DNA of 63,736 nucleotides, counting the filler, from Pirum gemmata (Eukaryota), in NCBI GenBank assembly GCA_002812295.1. It is 13 parts of 13 records of this genome, joined end to end, with 100 filler letters (N's around TTAATTAATTAA, not from the genome) between each part and the next. Parts side by side here need not be neighbours in the genome. Positions count along the whole stretch, not along the records: positions 34,608 to 39,231 come from PDIN01000979.1; positions 39,332 to 44,009 come from PDIN01000980.1; positions 44,110 to 48,786 come from PDIN01000981.1; positions 48,887 to 53,509 come from PDIN01000982.1; 9 more parts are not named here. One strand, given 5' to 3'. A program made the position numbers and the translations under genes. Under the pieces are notes generated by a model, which saw nothing but the letters and a program-made list of their open reading frames with translations, did no database searches and had not been told where the DNA came from. Shown piece by piece: positions 37,188 to 52,200 of the stretch (position 1 is its first letter; each line of letters opens with the position of its first letter).

Positions 37188-39353
37188 AAGAAGATAAGTG
37201 GGCGATTTTAAAACATTCTTTTCGAAATCAACCAATAAAAACTTACTTGCACAGATTCCGAAAAAATGTGATTCGAAAATTTGATTCGAAAATGTGATGT
37301 ACCTAGTAATTAGGCCAACATTTATTAATGACGTCACTTTAAATATCCCTTTTATAGGTTGCCATTTTAATAGTTTATATTAAGCCTAAAAAGCTTACAA
37401 TATTCATCTGATAGGGTCAGATGCTAGTTGGTCTGCAGTATTTTATGATGACGTTATTAATGAAAGTTCTAAAATACTTGAAGCTCGAATGAAGCTCGTA
37501 ACTTTTCAATATTACTTCTTTATTACTATATTTATAATAGTTTTATAATACTTTTATAATGCAAAAATATGGGAGCAATTTCCGAAATTCCGAGCAAATA
37601 TGAACAAATGCTACCAAAATACAAAAAAAAAATCAAACTTTTTTTTAACAGCCAAGCTGGATAAAACTGTAAAAAAAAAAAAAAAATAGACTTTTTTCTA
37701 AATACTAGCTAGCCAAATTATTTTTAAAAACTAGCCATTGGTTCATAATAGAGTTTTAGTAGTCAAAAGTTTCGTCAAACTTTGGTAGTACTTTTATTGA
37801 AATTGGATCATTTTGAGATTTTATAGGTTTTTGAGCTCATATGGCGGATATTTCCTTTTTTATCCGGCTTGGTAGTTAAATACTGCGAAATATTACCAAC
37901 TGATAAGAAATTTTCGCTCCATTCCGGAATTGACGAATCAAGAATTGAGATTTTTTTTTGAAAAACTTAGCCAAACCCAAAAACAACACAACTCAAGGGG
38001 AACATCATCTTTTTTAAGTTCATGCTTTTATTGTGAATATTGTTCATATTAATTGTTATTGTTGTCATTGTTGTTATTATTATTGTTGTTATTACTATTG
38101 ATATTATGGTAGTCATGGTTGCTATGTTTGTTATTATGGTTGTTATGGTTGTTATGGTTGTTATGGTTGTTATGGTTGTTATGGTTGTTATGGTTGTTAT
38201 GATTGTTATGATTATTGTAATATTAATAATTATTAATTAATTATTATATATAATATTATGTTTATCAAAATATATTATTATAATTGAGACTTTATCACTT
38301 GCAACGATTAAAAGAAGTAATATATTGTGCTTTTCATTTATTTTGTTACCCTGCATATTTGTTTGGTAGGTTATAACCTTTAAATTAATATTTTTAAATG
38401 AATAAATCAATAATAAAACATAGTAAATTAATATTGTATATATTTATTTGGTACTCTTTATTGTATATTTTATGATGACAAACAAACTGAAAAGCGCTAG
38501 ACCTTCTACCGGTATACAACATGGTGTAATAAGAGACACTTGTGCAAGACTACTGGTGTTATTTAATTAATAGACTATGACATTCTGAATTTCTGAATTT
38601 CTGATAATTAACAACAATCCAGGGATAATATATGATAATATAGATAATATAAGTCTAAATATAAGGCATAATATGATAATAATAAGAATTTTTTTTATTA
38701 ATAATTTAATATTGTCATGTTTGCAACTACAGTGCAACTACCCACAACACTGTATATTATGTATAGGATTTTTACTGTATTTCATCAATAATTTATTGAT
38801 TTCTAATAACACAATAATAATAATAAAAACAATATAAATGATAATGATAATAATAATTACTTTAGAAAACACGACACAACGTTTATCCACACCAACGACA
38901 CAATAACAAACACAACTACAAAACAAACAAACAACACAGATTATTATTATTTTTTTAAAAAAAATATGGAAGTTTTTACGTGCAGTTAAAAAATATGATA
39001 ATTTCTAAATTAAGATATAAAAAAAGAAGACTTTGCTTTTTCACATTTTCTAATAGGGTAGAATTTCTGATTTTAATGAAAAAAAAGATGAAAGACAAAA
39101 TAATTCTCCACAAAAAAAAAAGTGGGGGGGTTAGAGTTAGGGACCTTAGGGTTAGGATTAGGGTTAGGATTAGGGTTAGGGTTAGGGTTTGGGTTAGTTA
39201 GGGTTTGGGTTAGGGTTAGGGTTAGGGTTAGNNNNNNNNNNNNNNNNNNNNNNNNNNNNNNNNNNNNNNNNNNNNTTAATTAATTAANNNNNNNNNNNNN
39301 NNNNNNNNNNNNNNNNNNNNNNNNNNNNNNNACTACTGCTACTGAATACTAAG

Positions 39354-39558
39354 TAATAGTAATAATAGAAATAGTAATAATAAGAATAATAATAAGGATA
39401 ATAATAACACCGCCAAAACTGAAAACCATAATAATATGGATCATGGAAATAGCAACGCGGCAGTAGATGTGAATGTTGTCATTCCTGGTATTGTTAACAA
39501 TGTCATGGCAGTTGACCCATTATGCATGAGTACACAAAACCTACCTTTGATACATTAG
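39354..39558 (+). CDS. Probable terminal exon of an unknown Asn-rich protein
   Basis: NSNNRNSNNKNNNKDNNNTAKTENHNNMDHGNSNAAVDVNVVIPGIVNNVMAVDPLCMSTQNLPLIH*; coding-like composition at contig start, followed by TE-free UTR-like DNA convergent with the kinase. Confidence 0.4.
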
Positions 39559-41103
39559 TTATCTACAACATTATTTTTTTAATAAGAAAAAAAGCCTACG
39601 GATATATATATACATATTTATTTATTTAAACAGGCCACTAGAACTTAATATTATATATATAAGTAGATAATAGATAGAACTATTACACTACTATTACGAA
39701 AATTAATTAAAAATTTACTTATTTTGTACTATGTTTATTATTATATATATACATATATGTGTGCGTAAAGTTCTTTTTTTAAGAGTATATAATATAGTTA
39801 TCATTTTAAAACAAGTGATACAATAAAGAAGATTTTCCACCAGGATGTTAAAAAATATCAAGAGTACAAAAAACGAATGGTAAAATACAACCAAATAAAT
39901 TATGAATAAAGAAAAGTAGGAGTAAATAGGGCTATTTTTACCAAAACGTTAAAGTAATTATACAACTTATACATAACTATGACGTATGACTCGGTATGGG
40001 ATGAATGGAAAAAAGCTACGATGATTCATATAATATTATTCAACTTTCCCTTACAAAAAAAAATCAAAAGATAAAAGAAAATGTTTTTATTCAAGTTTTT
40101 GTTCGTTCGTTCGTTTGTTTCACTTTGTGATTATCTTTTGCCCACTGTTCACCTTGCTAATCAGATGTACATGTTTGATTTTAGAGTACACAGGGGAGGA
40201 AGCTTATTTTTATTTATACAATACATAATATAAGTTTTTTCCACTTAGACCAAACATTGGTATTTTGCTATTGAAAACTTCTAGATTCTTTAAGATCTAA
40301 ATAATTTGACTTACATTCCACTCGCAGCTAATCATTTTTTTTTAAGTGAGCGGAAACAATAATTTACAAATTATTTGGTTAAGGTTGTTGTTTCTATTTC
40401 GAAAAAAGGTTAAATATGAGAGGGTATCAACTCTGAAAATAGTCCAATTATTAAAACGTTTCGGAATTGGTATTAACTTGAAAATTTATCCCTCGGTTAA
40501 TCTGCAGTAATCATCGATCTATATATATATAGCTTATATCATTCAATAAATAATAAATGAGAAAGCTTACTTTTTTGCCTTCTAACAATTTGTGTAAGTT
40601 GTCCTAATCTAATTTATTCAGTATTCATAAATTATTGAACTTAAATGTACAGCTAAATATTAAAATATTGGCGTACAAAAATCGAGCATGTTCACAAACA
40701 CCAACAAAAAAAGAACAGAGGGAAGAGGAAGGTAGGGATACTAGGTGTAATACTTTCCTATTAAATAGTGAAAAGATCACTTTATATTATATTGATCTAC
40801 GTTACGAAAAGGGACATATCTATAAATGGGGGCAAACATTATTAATCTTAGTATACATAAGTAATTTTTTTTTTTGGTATATTTCGCCATATTAGCTAGC
40901 ATTACTGTCTGTTTTCCATTTTCTTTTAAAAGAAATGTAAGTAGAATAGATAGTTGTGTTGATTATTCCATTTATGTTTCGAAGTCCCAATACTCTTTTA
41001 ATTTTGAAAAGTCGAAGTACTCAAAAAACAAAAAAACTTGGTTATTGTTAACCAAATTCAAAGCATAAAACAATTTCCCTTGTTGATGTTATATGTTAAT
41101 GCA

Positions 41104-41450
41104 TCAAGGAATCTTTTTATCTTTTCCCATCCATAATTTCATTAATTCAGATTGATCTTTCCCAGGCCCTACACTCATTTCCTGCATAGATCGAACCGAA
41201 TCATCAGAGCATGTGTAACTATTATCATTAAAATGATCCACAAAATGATCACCTGTGAGTCTCATCGAGTTATTCTATTAATACAATATGCATTAGAAAT
41301 AAAATGTAAGTCCCTAGAAATTATACTGAATAATAAAATAACTAAAATTTTGACTAAATTTTTTGTTTATTTGTCTATTTACTTACAATTATATAAATAT
41401 ATATATATATGAACTGGGTGAAAATTACCAAGAACAAACAAAATTACCAG

Positions 41451-41487
<37 letters not shown>

Positions 41488-42026
41488 GTACGGATAGGTG
41501 GGTGGGTGTCGTGGTCGTGTTTGTTGCCCCTTTCACTCTTTTTTTAATTGTTGTTATTACAGTTTTACCAATTACTTATTATTTTTAACATCAATTTTAT
41601 TGTCTTGTTATAAATAATGTGGGTTTTCGGTGTTGTTCACATTTAAGTTCAGTCAAGTTTTAAAATTCTTTTTGATTTCATTATTACTCTTTTTCTCTCT
41701 TTTTATTATTTACTATTATATTATGCCTTCAAACCTCTTTTTTTACAATTCTTATTATTATTATCATAACAATTATTACCTGATCATCATTTATCACAAA
41801 GGTGCCATTCGAACTTTTCATCGTTCCCTCATTGTAATAATATTCGTCACCCGACTCACCTGAATCGTCAGTGTCAGTACCCGAATCGGTTTCAGAATCT
41901 GTATCCGAATCTGTATCAGAGTCAGTTTCAGAATCTGTTTCAGACTCATCACTATTATAATTGGCTCGAAGTTCGTTTACTTTTTCTACCTAAAGAAAAA
42001 ATAACGTCAAAAAAAATAACGTCAAG

Positions 42027-42086
<60 letters not shown>

Positions 42087-42543
42087 GGTAAAATAATAAT
42101 AATAATAATAGTGCTACTTTTACTAGTTTGCTTTTTGGACAAGTATAGATTTCAGTTATGCAATTTTGTAGTTTTACTTATTAATGCTTCAGTTAAAACA
42201 AACAACAGACAGAAATAAAACAGAAAAATCAATGAACAAGTACACAAAACACGTATACCAGGGATTAAAATACAAAAATTACACTGAACTATAAACTATA
42301 TAAACGTACTAAATCCACCATTTTCCATTGCGCATTTAACGTAACTTTAGTTATGAATCTATGATTAAGAAGCTCGTCAACCTTTGACCTTTCATCAGCC
42401 TTTTTATTTAGACACAGCGACAACCACTCTTTGAACTCTGGTCCATAATTTTTAGAGGCCCTTTCCGAAAGGGTGGGGGCATCGCTTTTGGGAATCAAAA
42501 ATAACGCACGAAATGGATGGACATTGGAGTGAGGAGGAGAGCC
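41104..42543 (-). CDS. STE20-family (MST/Hippo-like) kinase, last three exons (42543-42310, 41989-41780, 41274-41104)
   Basis: GSPPHSNVHPFRALFLIPKSDAPTL...EFKEWLSLCLNKKADERSKVDELLNHRFI (subdomains IX-XI); acidic linker with GTMK and GTFVIN; three phase-0 GT-AG exons of 234, 210 and 171 nt ending TGA. Confidence 0.85.
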
Positions 42544-43819
42544 CTTAAAGTTAGTTTGGTTTCATAACAAAACATTGGAGTTATTAATCATTCTGGAAAT
42601 ATATTTAAACTCGGAGGTTTAAAAATAATAATTTAACTGCAAATTGGGTCATTAACACTGATGCTGATATTAATGATATAATTCTTTTTAAATAATATTG
42701 GAAAAACATGAATTCTGTATCACGCTTAAGATCAAAATGATTACAGCAGGCAAAGCAATAATAATAATATATTTAATAATATATTTAATAATACTAAATA
42801 ACAACAACAACAACAACAATAATAATAATAATAATAATAATTATAATAACAACAATAATAATAATAATAATAGTAATAATAATATTTTTTATATAATAAA
42901 ATATTATGTATCATAAGTAAAATAATAAAATAATTATTATTATTAGACTATTATTATTATTTATAATATTATCGGACAGTGGACCTTTTTTAGTTCGTGT
43001 ATTTATGATCTCAGATCGGTTCATAAATGACGTCATTTACATCACCTGTCCCTCCTTTCCAATTACCAAAAAATCCCCCCCCCCGCTCCCATCCCCCACT
43101 TTACCCGAATAATACCCACCCTTACCCTAATAGATCCCCTTATCCTCCAGCCAAAAAACACTCCCATCCCCCCTTACCAGTTCGAAAGTATAAATGACGT
43201 CATCAATGAACTCAGGACTGAAATAAAAATTGACCAACCAAACAAACAAAAAACAAAACAAACCAACTAAAAAAGAAATGACGTTCGTTTGCGTTCGAAA
43301 ACAATAAAACAATTCGAATTTAGAATTTTCATAGTTATTTTATTAATTAATAAAAAAATCGACTCGAAAATAATTTTTAAAAAATAATATCAAATAACAT
43401 GATGTGCTTTTTAGTTGCTTTGTCATCATAAAATATAGAATAAAAGGTACCAAATTAATACAATATAAATCCATTTAATTTAATTTGGTAGCTTTTATTA
43501 TTTTTTTTTTTATTTAAAAAGGCCAATGTAAAGAGTATAACCCTCCCAATAAACATTTGGACAAAATAAATGAAAAGCACAATAGGTCTATGAAGATAAG
43601 CAACATTTCTTTTCAAATACCCCTAAAACTACCCCTACCTACCTTCCCCTCGACGGTAATTTCCGGTCAAATAGCACCTACCTACCTACCCCTTGACGTG
43701 ACGTATTATTTGAACACTCCCTAAGTAGTGAAAGATAAGCAGTTTTTTTTTTAATAATTTATTATTAATCTGATATAATATTATCATATAATTACTATAT
43801 AATTATTAAATTACTATAT

Positions 43820-44009
43820 AATTATTACTATTACTATTTTAACTATTACTATTATTATAACTATTACTATTTTAACTATTACTATTATTATAACTATTAC
43901 TATTATAACTATTACTATTATAACTATTACTATTATAACTATTACTATTATAACTATTACAACTATTATAACCATTACTATTATAACTATTACATATTAT
44001 AACTATTAA
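43820..44009. repeat. 15-mer minisatellite (TATTATAACTATTAC)n
   Basis: Direct reading; runs into the contig end. Confidence 0.9.
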
Positions 44010-45226
44010 NNNNNNNNNNNNNNNNNNNNNNNNNNNNNNNNNNNNNNNNNNNNTTAATTAATTAANNNNNNNNNNNNNNNNNNNNNNNNNNNNNNNNNNN
44101 NNNNNNNNNAAAAAAAAAAAAAAAAAAAAAAAAGGAACCCTGAAAAGGAACCAGAATCGCTTTTGCATTGGTCAGTGCAAAAGTCGTCAATATTGATCTA
44201 GCTAGCGGGTATGTGAGGCACTACTACTACTAGCTAGCTCTAGCTAGCTAGCTAGGTATCCGGGATAGTAAATACGATCGATTATCATATTGATAAGTTA
44301 TCGATAGTAATAAATAATGATAGTATTGTGCTTTTCATTTATTGTCACTCCGAATATTTATTTGGTTGTTTATAATATTTAAATTGATAATAAAATATAC
44401 CAAATTAAATGAAATGATTTATATTGTATTAATTTGGTACTATTTCTTGTATATTTTATAACGACAAAATAACTGAAAAGTACGATAAATGAGTGATAAA
44501 TGTAGTAGACTGGTAGTAGCTCTAGCTAGTAGTAGACTAGAGTTAGACTAGTGTAAATATTAGGTCTAGCTGTTAGGACTAGCTATGATATATTGAGTCT
44601 CTGTATTGAGTCTATAATCATAATATACTCATAATATATTATCAAAGATATTGTTGGGAGTATTTTTTTTAAATATGCCTGCACAGTCGATAGATTATTG
44701 AGACCGATTAATATATCGTGCTTGATATTATTTATAAAAATATATTATATAAAATTTTTAATCAAAAGTGTATCAACCTACTACTAGCTAGCTAGAGATA
44801 TATCAAATCGATATATATCGGATACATTTTTATATATGATAATATTATTATAATAAAAAGGCAGGTGAAGAAGGCTAGCTAGCTAGCTACACTAGTAGTA
44901 GAGAGAGCTCAAGGGAGCCAGCTACTACTAGCTAGCTAGCTAGCTAAGCTAGGTCTACTATGATACCTAGCTCAGGGTAGAGGTGAAGAAGCTGCTACCC
45001 AGCCCAGGGTAGAGGTGAAAAAGCACTTAGGGGCGACCCCCTGTGCGGGCTGGGCTGTAGTTGCTGTAGTCTAGGCCCTAGCTAGCTAGCTAGACTTCTC
45101 TATTCGTCAGCAAGCGCTGTCATTGCACAATGACAAAAAAGTTTTACTTTGACAAATTTTTTTTTTTAAAGAATGCGGTGCGGGCATATTGATATCAAGG
45201 TCCGTCGGTCAAAGCACTTTTTCAAT

Positions 45227-45478
45227 GTCCGCCCGACGTCGGACATGTCCGAAATTTTTCGGTCCCGAATTTTTTCTCGGACAAAAATCCAAAAATGCTT
45301 ACTAATTAACTTGTCCGAGTTTTAGGGTTAGGGTTAGGGAACTTAGGGTTAGGGTTAGGAAAAAAATCCCTATTAAAATTCACGAAATATCGGGACCCGA
45401 ATGCAAAGTTTTTTCGGGGCCCGGCTTTTCATTTATCGGACCGGAATGGTGTCCGACGAAAGGCCGGACCGGGCGGAC
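45227..45478. mobile_element. GC-rich foldback-like element with internal (TTAGGG)n core
   Basis: Outer inverted GTCCGCCCG / CGGGCGGAC, many inverted TCGGAC/GTCCGA and TCGG..CCCGA motifs around TTAGGG units at 45323-45359. Confidence 0.55.
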
Positions 45479-46207
45479 TCGGACCAGAAGGAAGGTGTTC
45501 CTAAGGGGTCTACTTAGTACCCAGTAAATAGAAATATCTAGATATAAATATAGTAATTTATATACCGGTATTATTACTAAATTTTTTACTTATATAGTAT
45601 TTATATTGCGCCGGGTCACCCAAAAAGCAAACAAATGCGGCAAATTTTGCGAAATTTTGAGTGAGCAGTGTGAGATCTGCGCGGCACACATTTAGCTAGC
45701 TACTAGTAGTACTAGTAGACTATCTAGACTATCTGATAGCTAGAGCTAGCTAGCTATAGTACTATTATCATATTAATAAAGGGGCGGCCTAAATTAAGTA
45801 GGGGCGGCTAAATCGGCAGTTTTGGGCGAATAATAGTCTACTAGCTAGAGCTGCATTTAGTTAGAGACAGCATTCTAGTAGTATATATGGAGTATCTATA
45901 TATGTATAAGGTTCACAACTATCTATATATAGATAGACTTATCGATAGTCTAGTACTATAGCTAGTAGCTAGTAGCTAGCTAGAGGTAATAGTGAGGGTG
46001 ATAGTGTACAGCTTAGTAGTATCGATAGCTTAGTGTACTTAGAGTGTATTGTCTACTAGTATGTCTACTACTCTAGCTAGAGTCATAACTGGTTCATAGT
46101 AGGTTCATCCGGCCTAATAATTTATTTATTATTATATAAATATTATATATAATAATAATATACTTATACACTACTTATACTGTTGCATTTTCCTAATAAT
46201 TGTACAT

Positions 46208-46238
<31 letters not shown>

Positions 46239-49200
46239 TATTTATATATATAAATCAATTTTAAAATTTTTCATAAATTTGCCCAAGAACATCTCCAAGA
46301 ACCCTTGAAAGTACTCGTTCCCAGTTTCGTTCCCCCACCACCCCAGGAATTCATTTTTTTTTGTTCAAATAAATTCCTCACTGTAGCTAGCTAGAACTCT
46401 AGCTAGCTAGCTACTAGCTAGTAATCGAGTGTCCCAACTAAAAAAAAAAGTCAATTTAATTATTACTTTATTATTACTCTTTTTTAATTTTTTTGAGGTT
46501 CGAGTTGAACTGAAATAAAGGCCGAATCTAATTAAACACCTTGTTCGTTTTTTCTCTTTTTTTTTTTCACTTTTCTCCCACTTTATTATTATTTATAATA
46601 ATCGGTGCTTGTCCCTAACCCTAACCCTAACCCTAACCCTAACCCTAACCCTAAATTACACATCGATCGGCTCTCGTCTTTCAAAAAAAAAAAAAAAAAA
46701 AAAAAACTAGAGATGAATGATAAAGTCGTAAAGTCCCAAAACCGGCCTTTTAAAAGTCTTTTAAAAAACTTAATAAGGAATTTTTTCGATAGCTCTTTTT
46801 GGTTCTTGAGAAATTTGGCCCACATCTTTTCTACCGGTATGAGATTTCGGAGACCCCCCTTACTCCTAGCTAGCTAGCCCCTCCCCTTACTCTACCTTAC
46901 TCTACCGTCCTCCAGCTCGGAGCTCCATCGCAAGAGCTCCATCGTCTATTTCATGCTATTTCATTACAGTTGCCCTCTCAATCTTTAATTTGGTACCGTT
47001 TAAGTGTATAACTGAACTTGTTTATAAAATACACATCAAGTATAAAATGCCAAATTAATTAAAACATGCCTGATACTTTAACCATAATAATAATTTGGTA
47101 TGTTTATTTCAGTTTTTAAACTGGACAACATTATCATTATTGAAAAATACAATACCCAGCTGCACGCACCCACCCATGGGTTCATATATATCAGTGTGTG
47201 ATAATGATAACATGTGTACGAACACTATCTATATTAACTATAGTGCTTTTCAGTTGTTTTGTCATGTAATAAAATATACAATAAATAGTACCTATAGTGT
47301 AGTAGTGTACCTATACTGCCTATAGCTATATACCAGTATATGAACTATATGAATCAATATTAAATTCAATTTTTATAGTTTTCTTCAGTTTTTCTTCTCA
47401 CATTTTTCTGGCTAGTCTAGCTACTAGCCATCGCTAGCTATCGTCTATTTCATGCGTATTTTCGCAAAATAAAAAAACAGTTACTTAGTCTATCATAATA
47501 ATTATTATACTACTATGAAACACATACGTACAAAAAAAAAAAAAAAAAAACAACTTACACAAGCGACCCCATCATAGAACTCCCCATAGATAGTCTACAT
47601 TATTATTTTAATACTAGTATTTAAATTGTATTTTAAAATATCATTATCAACCCTAACCCTAACCCTAGACTAACCCTAACCCTAACCTTAAAACCCTAAC
47701 CCTAACCCTAACCCTAACCCTAACCCTATATAAAGTAAAAAAAAAAACGTCAGATCATGATCATCTCTCGAGTCTCGCCCGCCCAGCTGGTCTGCCCGCT
47801 TACAACGTTTCCTCGATCCTTCAGTTGACTTGATTCGTTTTTGATCTGTTAGTAGACCTAACTACTAGCTAGCTACTAGCTAGTAAGGCTTTCGGTAGCC
47901 TACTGGGTGGGCTTTAATACAGGGGGGGAGGAATAACGTTTTTTTGCAGAAAAAGCACTCACTTTTAACTAGTCTACCCTTTAATTAATTTAAAAAAAGA
48001 AGTGGTTTTATTGATAGTTTGTTATAGTTTTTGTTATGTAGTTTTTCCTAGGTAGTTTTTCCCGTCTATATATTCTATAATAATTATAATGCATACAGTA
48101 TGCAACTATACTGCAACTATGCATAGGCAGCATAGCTGTATGCATACCAGTAGAGTGCGGGTAAAAAAAAAAAAAAAGGTTTTATAATCACTAATTGAAC
48201 ATTAGCCAATTGTGAAATCTCTCTTCTCCTCTCTGCTCCTTCTAGTCTACTTTTTTTTTTTTCTAAAGAGTCTAAAGACGACTATTGACTCTTGAATCGT
48301 AGTGGGGCCTGTGGGGGACTGTGGGCCCCTACTACTAGCTAGCTAGCTAGCAACCAGGCTGCTAGTTATGATATTATGATATCACCCCTGATTATCAGAT
48401 AGATAGTTATTGATATGATAGCTACCATCATAAGCACTATCAGATACGATATCATCCATAATAAAGGACGTCACCTAATCACTCCTAATCTTACCTATGC
48501 CTCAGTCAGCAGTGCCTCTTTGTCCAAACCACTTTTGGTCATAATTTTAAAGTTCACTTTAATAATTAATTACTGCCTAAAACAGTTCAAGTCACCTTTT
48601 CGAGCAATGACTTCTATCAAAGAATAATTGACGTCCTTTATCAATGTTCCCAAGGATATAATACTGTAGGAAATCATTTTGTTTAGACTTCTTTTCTAAA
48701 AACCTTTTAATATAATAATAATAATAATAATATATTAATAATATTAAATAATAATAATATTAATAATAATAATAATAATAACAAAANNNNNNNNNNNNNN
48801 NNNNNNNNNNNNNNNNNNNNNNNNNNNNNNTTAATTAATTAANNNNNNNNNNNNNNNNNNNNNNNNNNNNNNNNNNNNNNNNNNNNTAGTAATAATAATA
48901 ATAATAATAATATATAATAATAATAAAAATAATAATAATAAATAATAAATTGATTAATTGTTCCAATAATAATACTAAATAAAAAATTTTAATTATTATA
49001 TTATTTTTATTATGTTGCATGGAAAAACGTATATTCCTCATCGCTTTTACACCAGAATTAATACACTAGTATTAATATTAATACGTATACTAATTTTATA
49101 ACTCTACCCTTTCCTAACTTAAAATTTGATAAAAATAATGATAATGATAATGGTGTACGTGCGAATATACAACACATAGACAATATAAATTAATAAGAAG

Positions 49201-52200
49201 ATTATTTTAATTTTGATTTTTAATTAAAATTTAAAAGTTGTACTATATATTATTATTAATATATATTATTATAATAGTAAAGTTACATGTTAATTATTAA
49301 AATAATAGTAAAATTACGTATTAGTAATAATAAAATTACGCAATAATATATTAATATTTGTATTTTAAAATACATTATATATCATCACTGTAAAATATGT
49401 GATAGTATGATAATTAATTGAATAACAATAATTATCGTGCTTTTCATTTCAATACGGTGTTGTCCAGTTCAAAAACTGAAATAAACGTATTAATACAAAA
49501 TTATTATTATGTTTAAACTGTCAGATATGTTTTAATTGATTTGGTATTTTATACTTAATTAAAATGCTGTATTTTATAAACAAGTTCAATTATGTGTTCA
49601 CTTAAACAATACCAAATTAATGATTGAGAAGACAACTGCAATAAAAAACGATATCAATAAACTAATAAAGCCATTAAAAGTCAAGAATTAAGGCAGTAAT
49701 AAAGCTTTTATGTAAAACAAAAGTTTTTTTTTTTCTTTTTGAATTTATTTTTACATATATAATCTGTTGTATAATCAGTAATTCAATAAAAATATGATAG
49801 CAGTCCAGCTAGCTAGCAACTATAGATATTGAGAAACATTAAATTCCAATTTGTCAATTATTAAGTTATTCATTTGATTTAATGAAGAATGGTTTTTTGT
49901 TAACCATTTTCGATAATAATTAAAACAATCATTAATAAAAAAACATTCGACACATAAACAATAATATTAATTGTTTCATTATTTTTTTATAAAAGCGTTA
50001 CAAAATTAAAAGTTAAAAAAGCCTATATAATATCATACACCTATGTACAGTTAGTTCAGACCCAGCCCGCAGTTCAACAGTCAACTCGATAGTTAGTAGC
50101 TAGAGCTAGTAGCTAGCTAGTATAGTGCTTTTCAGTTATTTTGTCATCATAAAATATACAATAGATAGTACCAAATTAATATGATATAAATCCATTTAAT
50201 TTAATTTGGTATATTTTATTATCTTTATATTGATTTAAAAANNNNNNNNNNNNNNNNNNNNNNNNNNNNNNNNNNNNNNNNNNNNNNNNNNNNNNNNNNN
50301 NNNNNNNNNNNNNNNNNNNNNNNNNNNNNNNNNNNNNNNNNNNNNNNNNNNNNNNNNNNNNNNNNNNNNNNNNNNNAAATTAATATGATATAAATCCATT
50401 TAATTTAATTTGGTATATTTTATTATCTTTATATTGATTTAAAAATGTCAATTTAAATATTATAACCCTCCAAATAAATATTCAGAATAACAAAATAAAT
50501 GAAAAGCACGATATAAATCAATAATTTTTTTTTTTATCAACATGATATTCAAGACATGCTTCAGTATATTTCAAAGGTTTATTATAGCTATTACACTGCT
50601 ATTACTATTACTTTTTATTATTGCTATTACTATATTACTATTAATAAAGTATATTAATATTAATTAATATTGATATTGATCGATATTGCTATTACTATTA
50701 CTATATTATATATTACTATATATATTACTATTACTTTTACTATTACTATAATATTTCTATTACTATATTAATTAATATATTACTATTTCTTATTACTGTT
50801 ATTATTATTATTATATTACCATTACCATTACAGTACCTTTACTATTATATTTCCATTATAAATTACCATTACCATTACCATTACCGTTACCGTTGCCATT
50901 ACTATCATTATCACTATTTCTATTGCTATTAATTATTATTACTATTTTTATTACTATTACTATAATATTATATCATATTACTATTATTATTATTACTATT
51001 ATTATTACTATTACTATTACAATTCATAATATTACTATTCCTATAATCTATAGCTATATTAATTAAATTACAAATACAAATACAATATTATTGTTAGCGA
51101 ACTGTTAGGGCTAGCCAGGACCAGGATTAGAATTAGAATTAGAATTAGAATTAGAATTAGGATTCAGGTTAGGGTTAAGATTAGGATTAGGATAAGAATT
51201 AGCTATAGGATTATGATTAAAAGGTCAGGGTTAACGTTAGAGTTAGGGTTGGGATTAGGGTTAGTTAGAGTTAGGTTTAGAGATTGTTAGGGTTAGGGTT
51301 AGGGTTAGGGAGCTTGAAGGTGAGGGTTAGGGTTAAGGTTAGGGTTAGGGTTAGGGACTGTTAGGGTTAGGATTAGGGAGCTTGAAGGTGAGGGTTAGGG
51401 TTAAGGTTAGGGTTAGGGTTAGGGTTAGGGTTAGGGTTAGGGTTATGGAGGGTTAGGGTTAGGGTTAAGTTGTAGGGTCCGTGTTGTAAATTGCTTGGAA
51501 TATTCTCAGAATTTTATGGGTGCGCCACACGTGATGGTTTGAGTTTAATTGGCTTCCATTATATTATTTACTATGAATAGATGAAGTAACGAGGTTCGAC
51601 GTTATAAGGAAACCTGTTCATAAATTACATCAGTTAAATAATTTAATTGCACTACATTTTAAATATTTAAATTAGTATTTTAGGTTTTAATTAATAATTT
51701 TTTTAATAATTATTATGATGATAGTTTTTTTAAATATCTAAAATGTAACCATTTTTTATTATTTTGGTTGAATAAGAAATATAAATGAAAATGAAATAAT
51801 AATAAATGAATGATATCGATCCTTAATTAATATATATATAGTAAAAAAACAGTAAATAACATCATAACAATTTAAACCCTTGACTAGAATCACGATTATG
51901 TGGATTTGCTAATAATTTAACTATATCGATAATGTTTCTATAATTGCATATTGTCTTTAATATATATAGTTGTTTACACAGTATTACACACAAGAGCATA
52001 ATATAGATAATTTATTCTGTTTTTATTTATTTATTTCTTTTAAAAAAAATTTTTTTATTATTATTTGCTATTTTGTGGCGAGATTGTAACTTTAAGCAGG
52101 CCTCTTTAAGTTTAGAAAAGCCAAACTGAAGCCCTGTACAGAAGTACATTTAGATTATCCAGATTCCAGACTATTTTAGTTATTATTTCCCCTAAAAAAA

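Noticed and set aside
39129..39231. True chromosome ends at contig-terminal TTAGGG (also 58243-58271)
   Set aside because: Short and degenerate like the many interstitial arrays; other contigs break at ordinary microsatellites too
50174..50444. Direct repeat flanking the N gap at 50242-50376
   Set aside because: The same part of one family A MITE appears on both sides of the gap: unmerged overlap artefact
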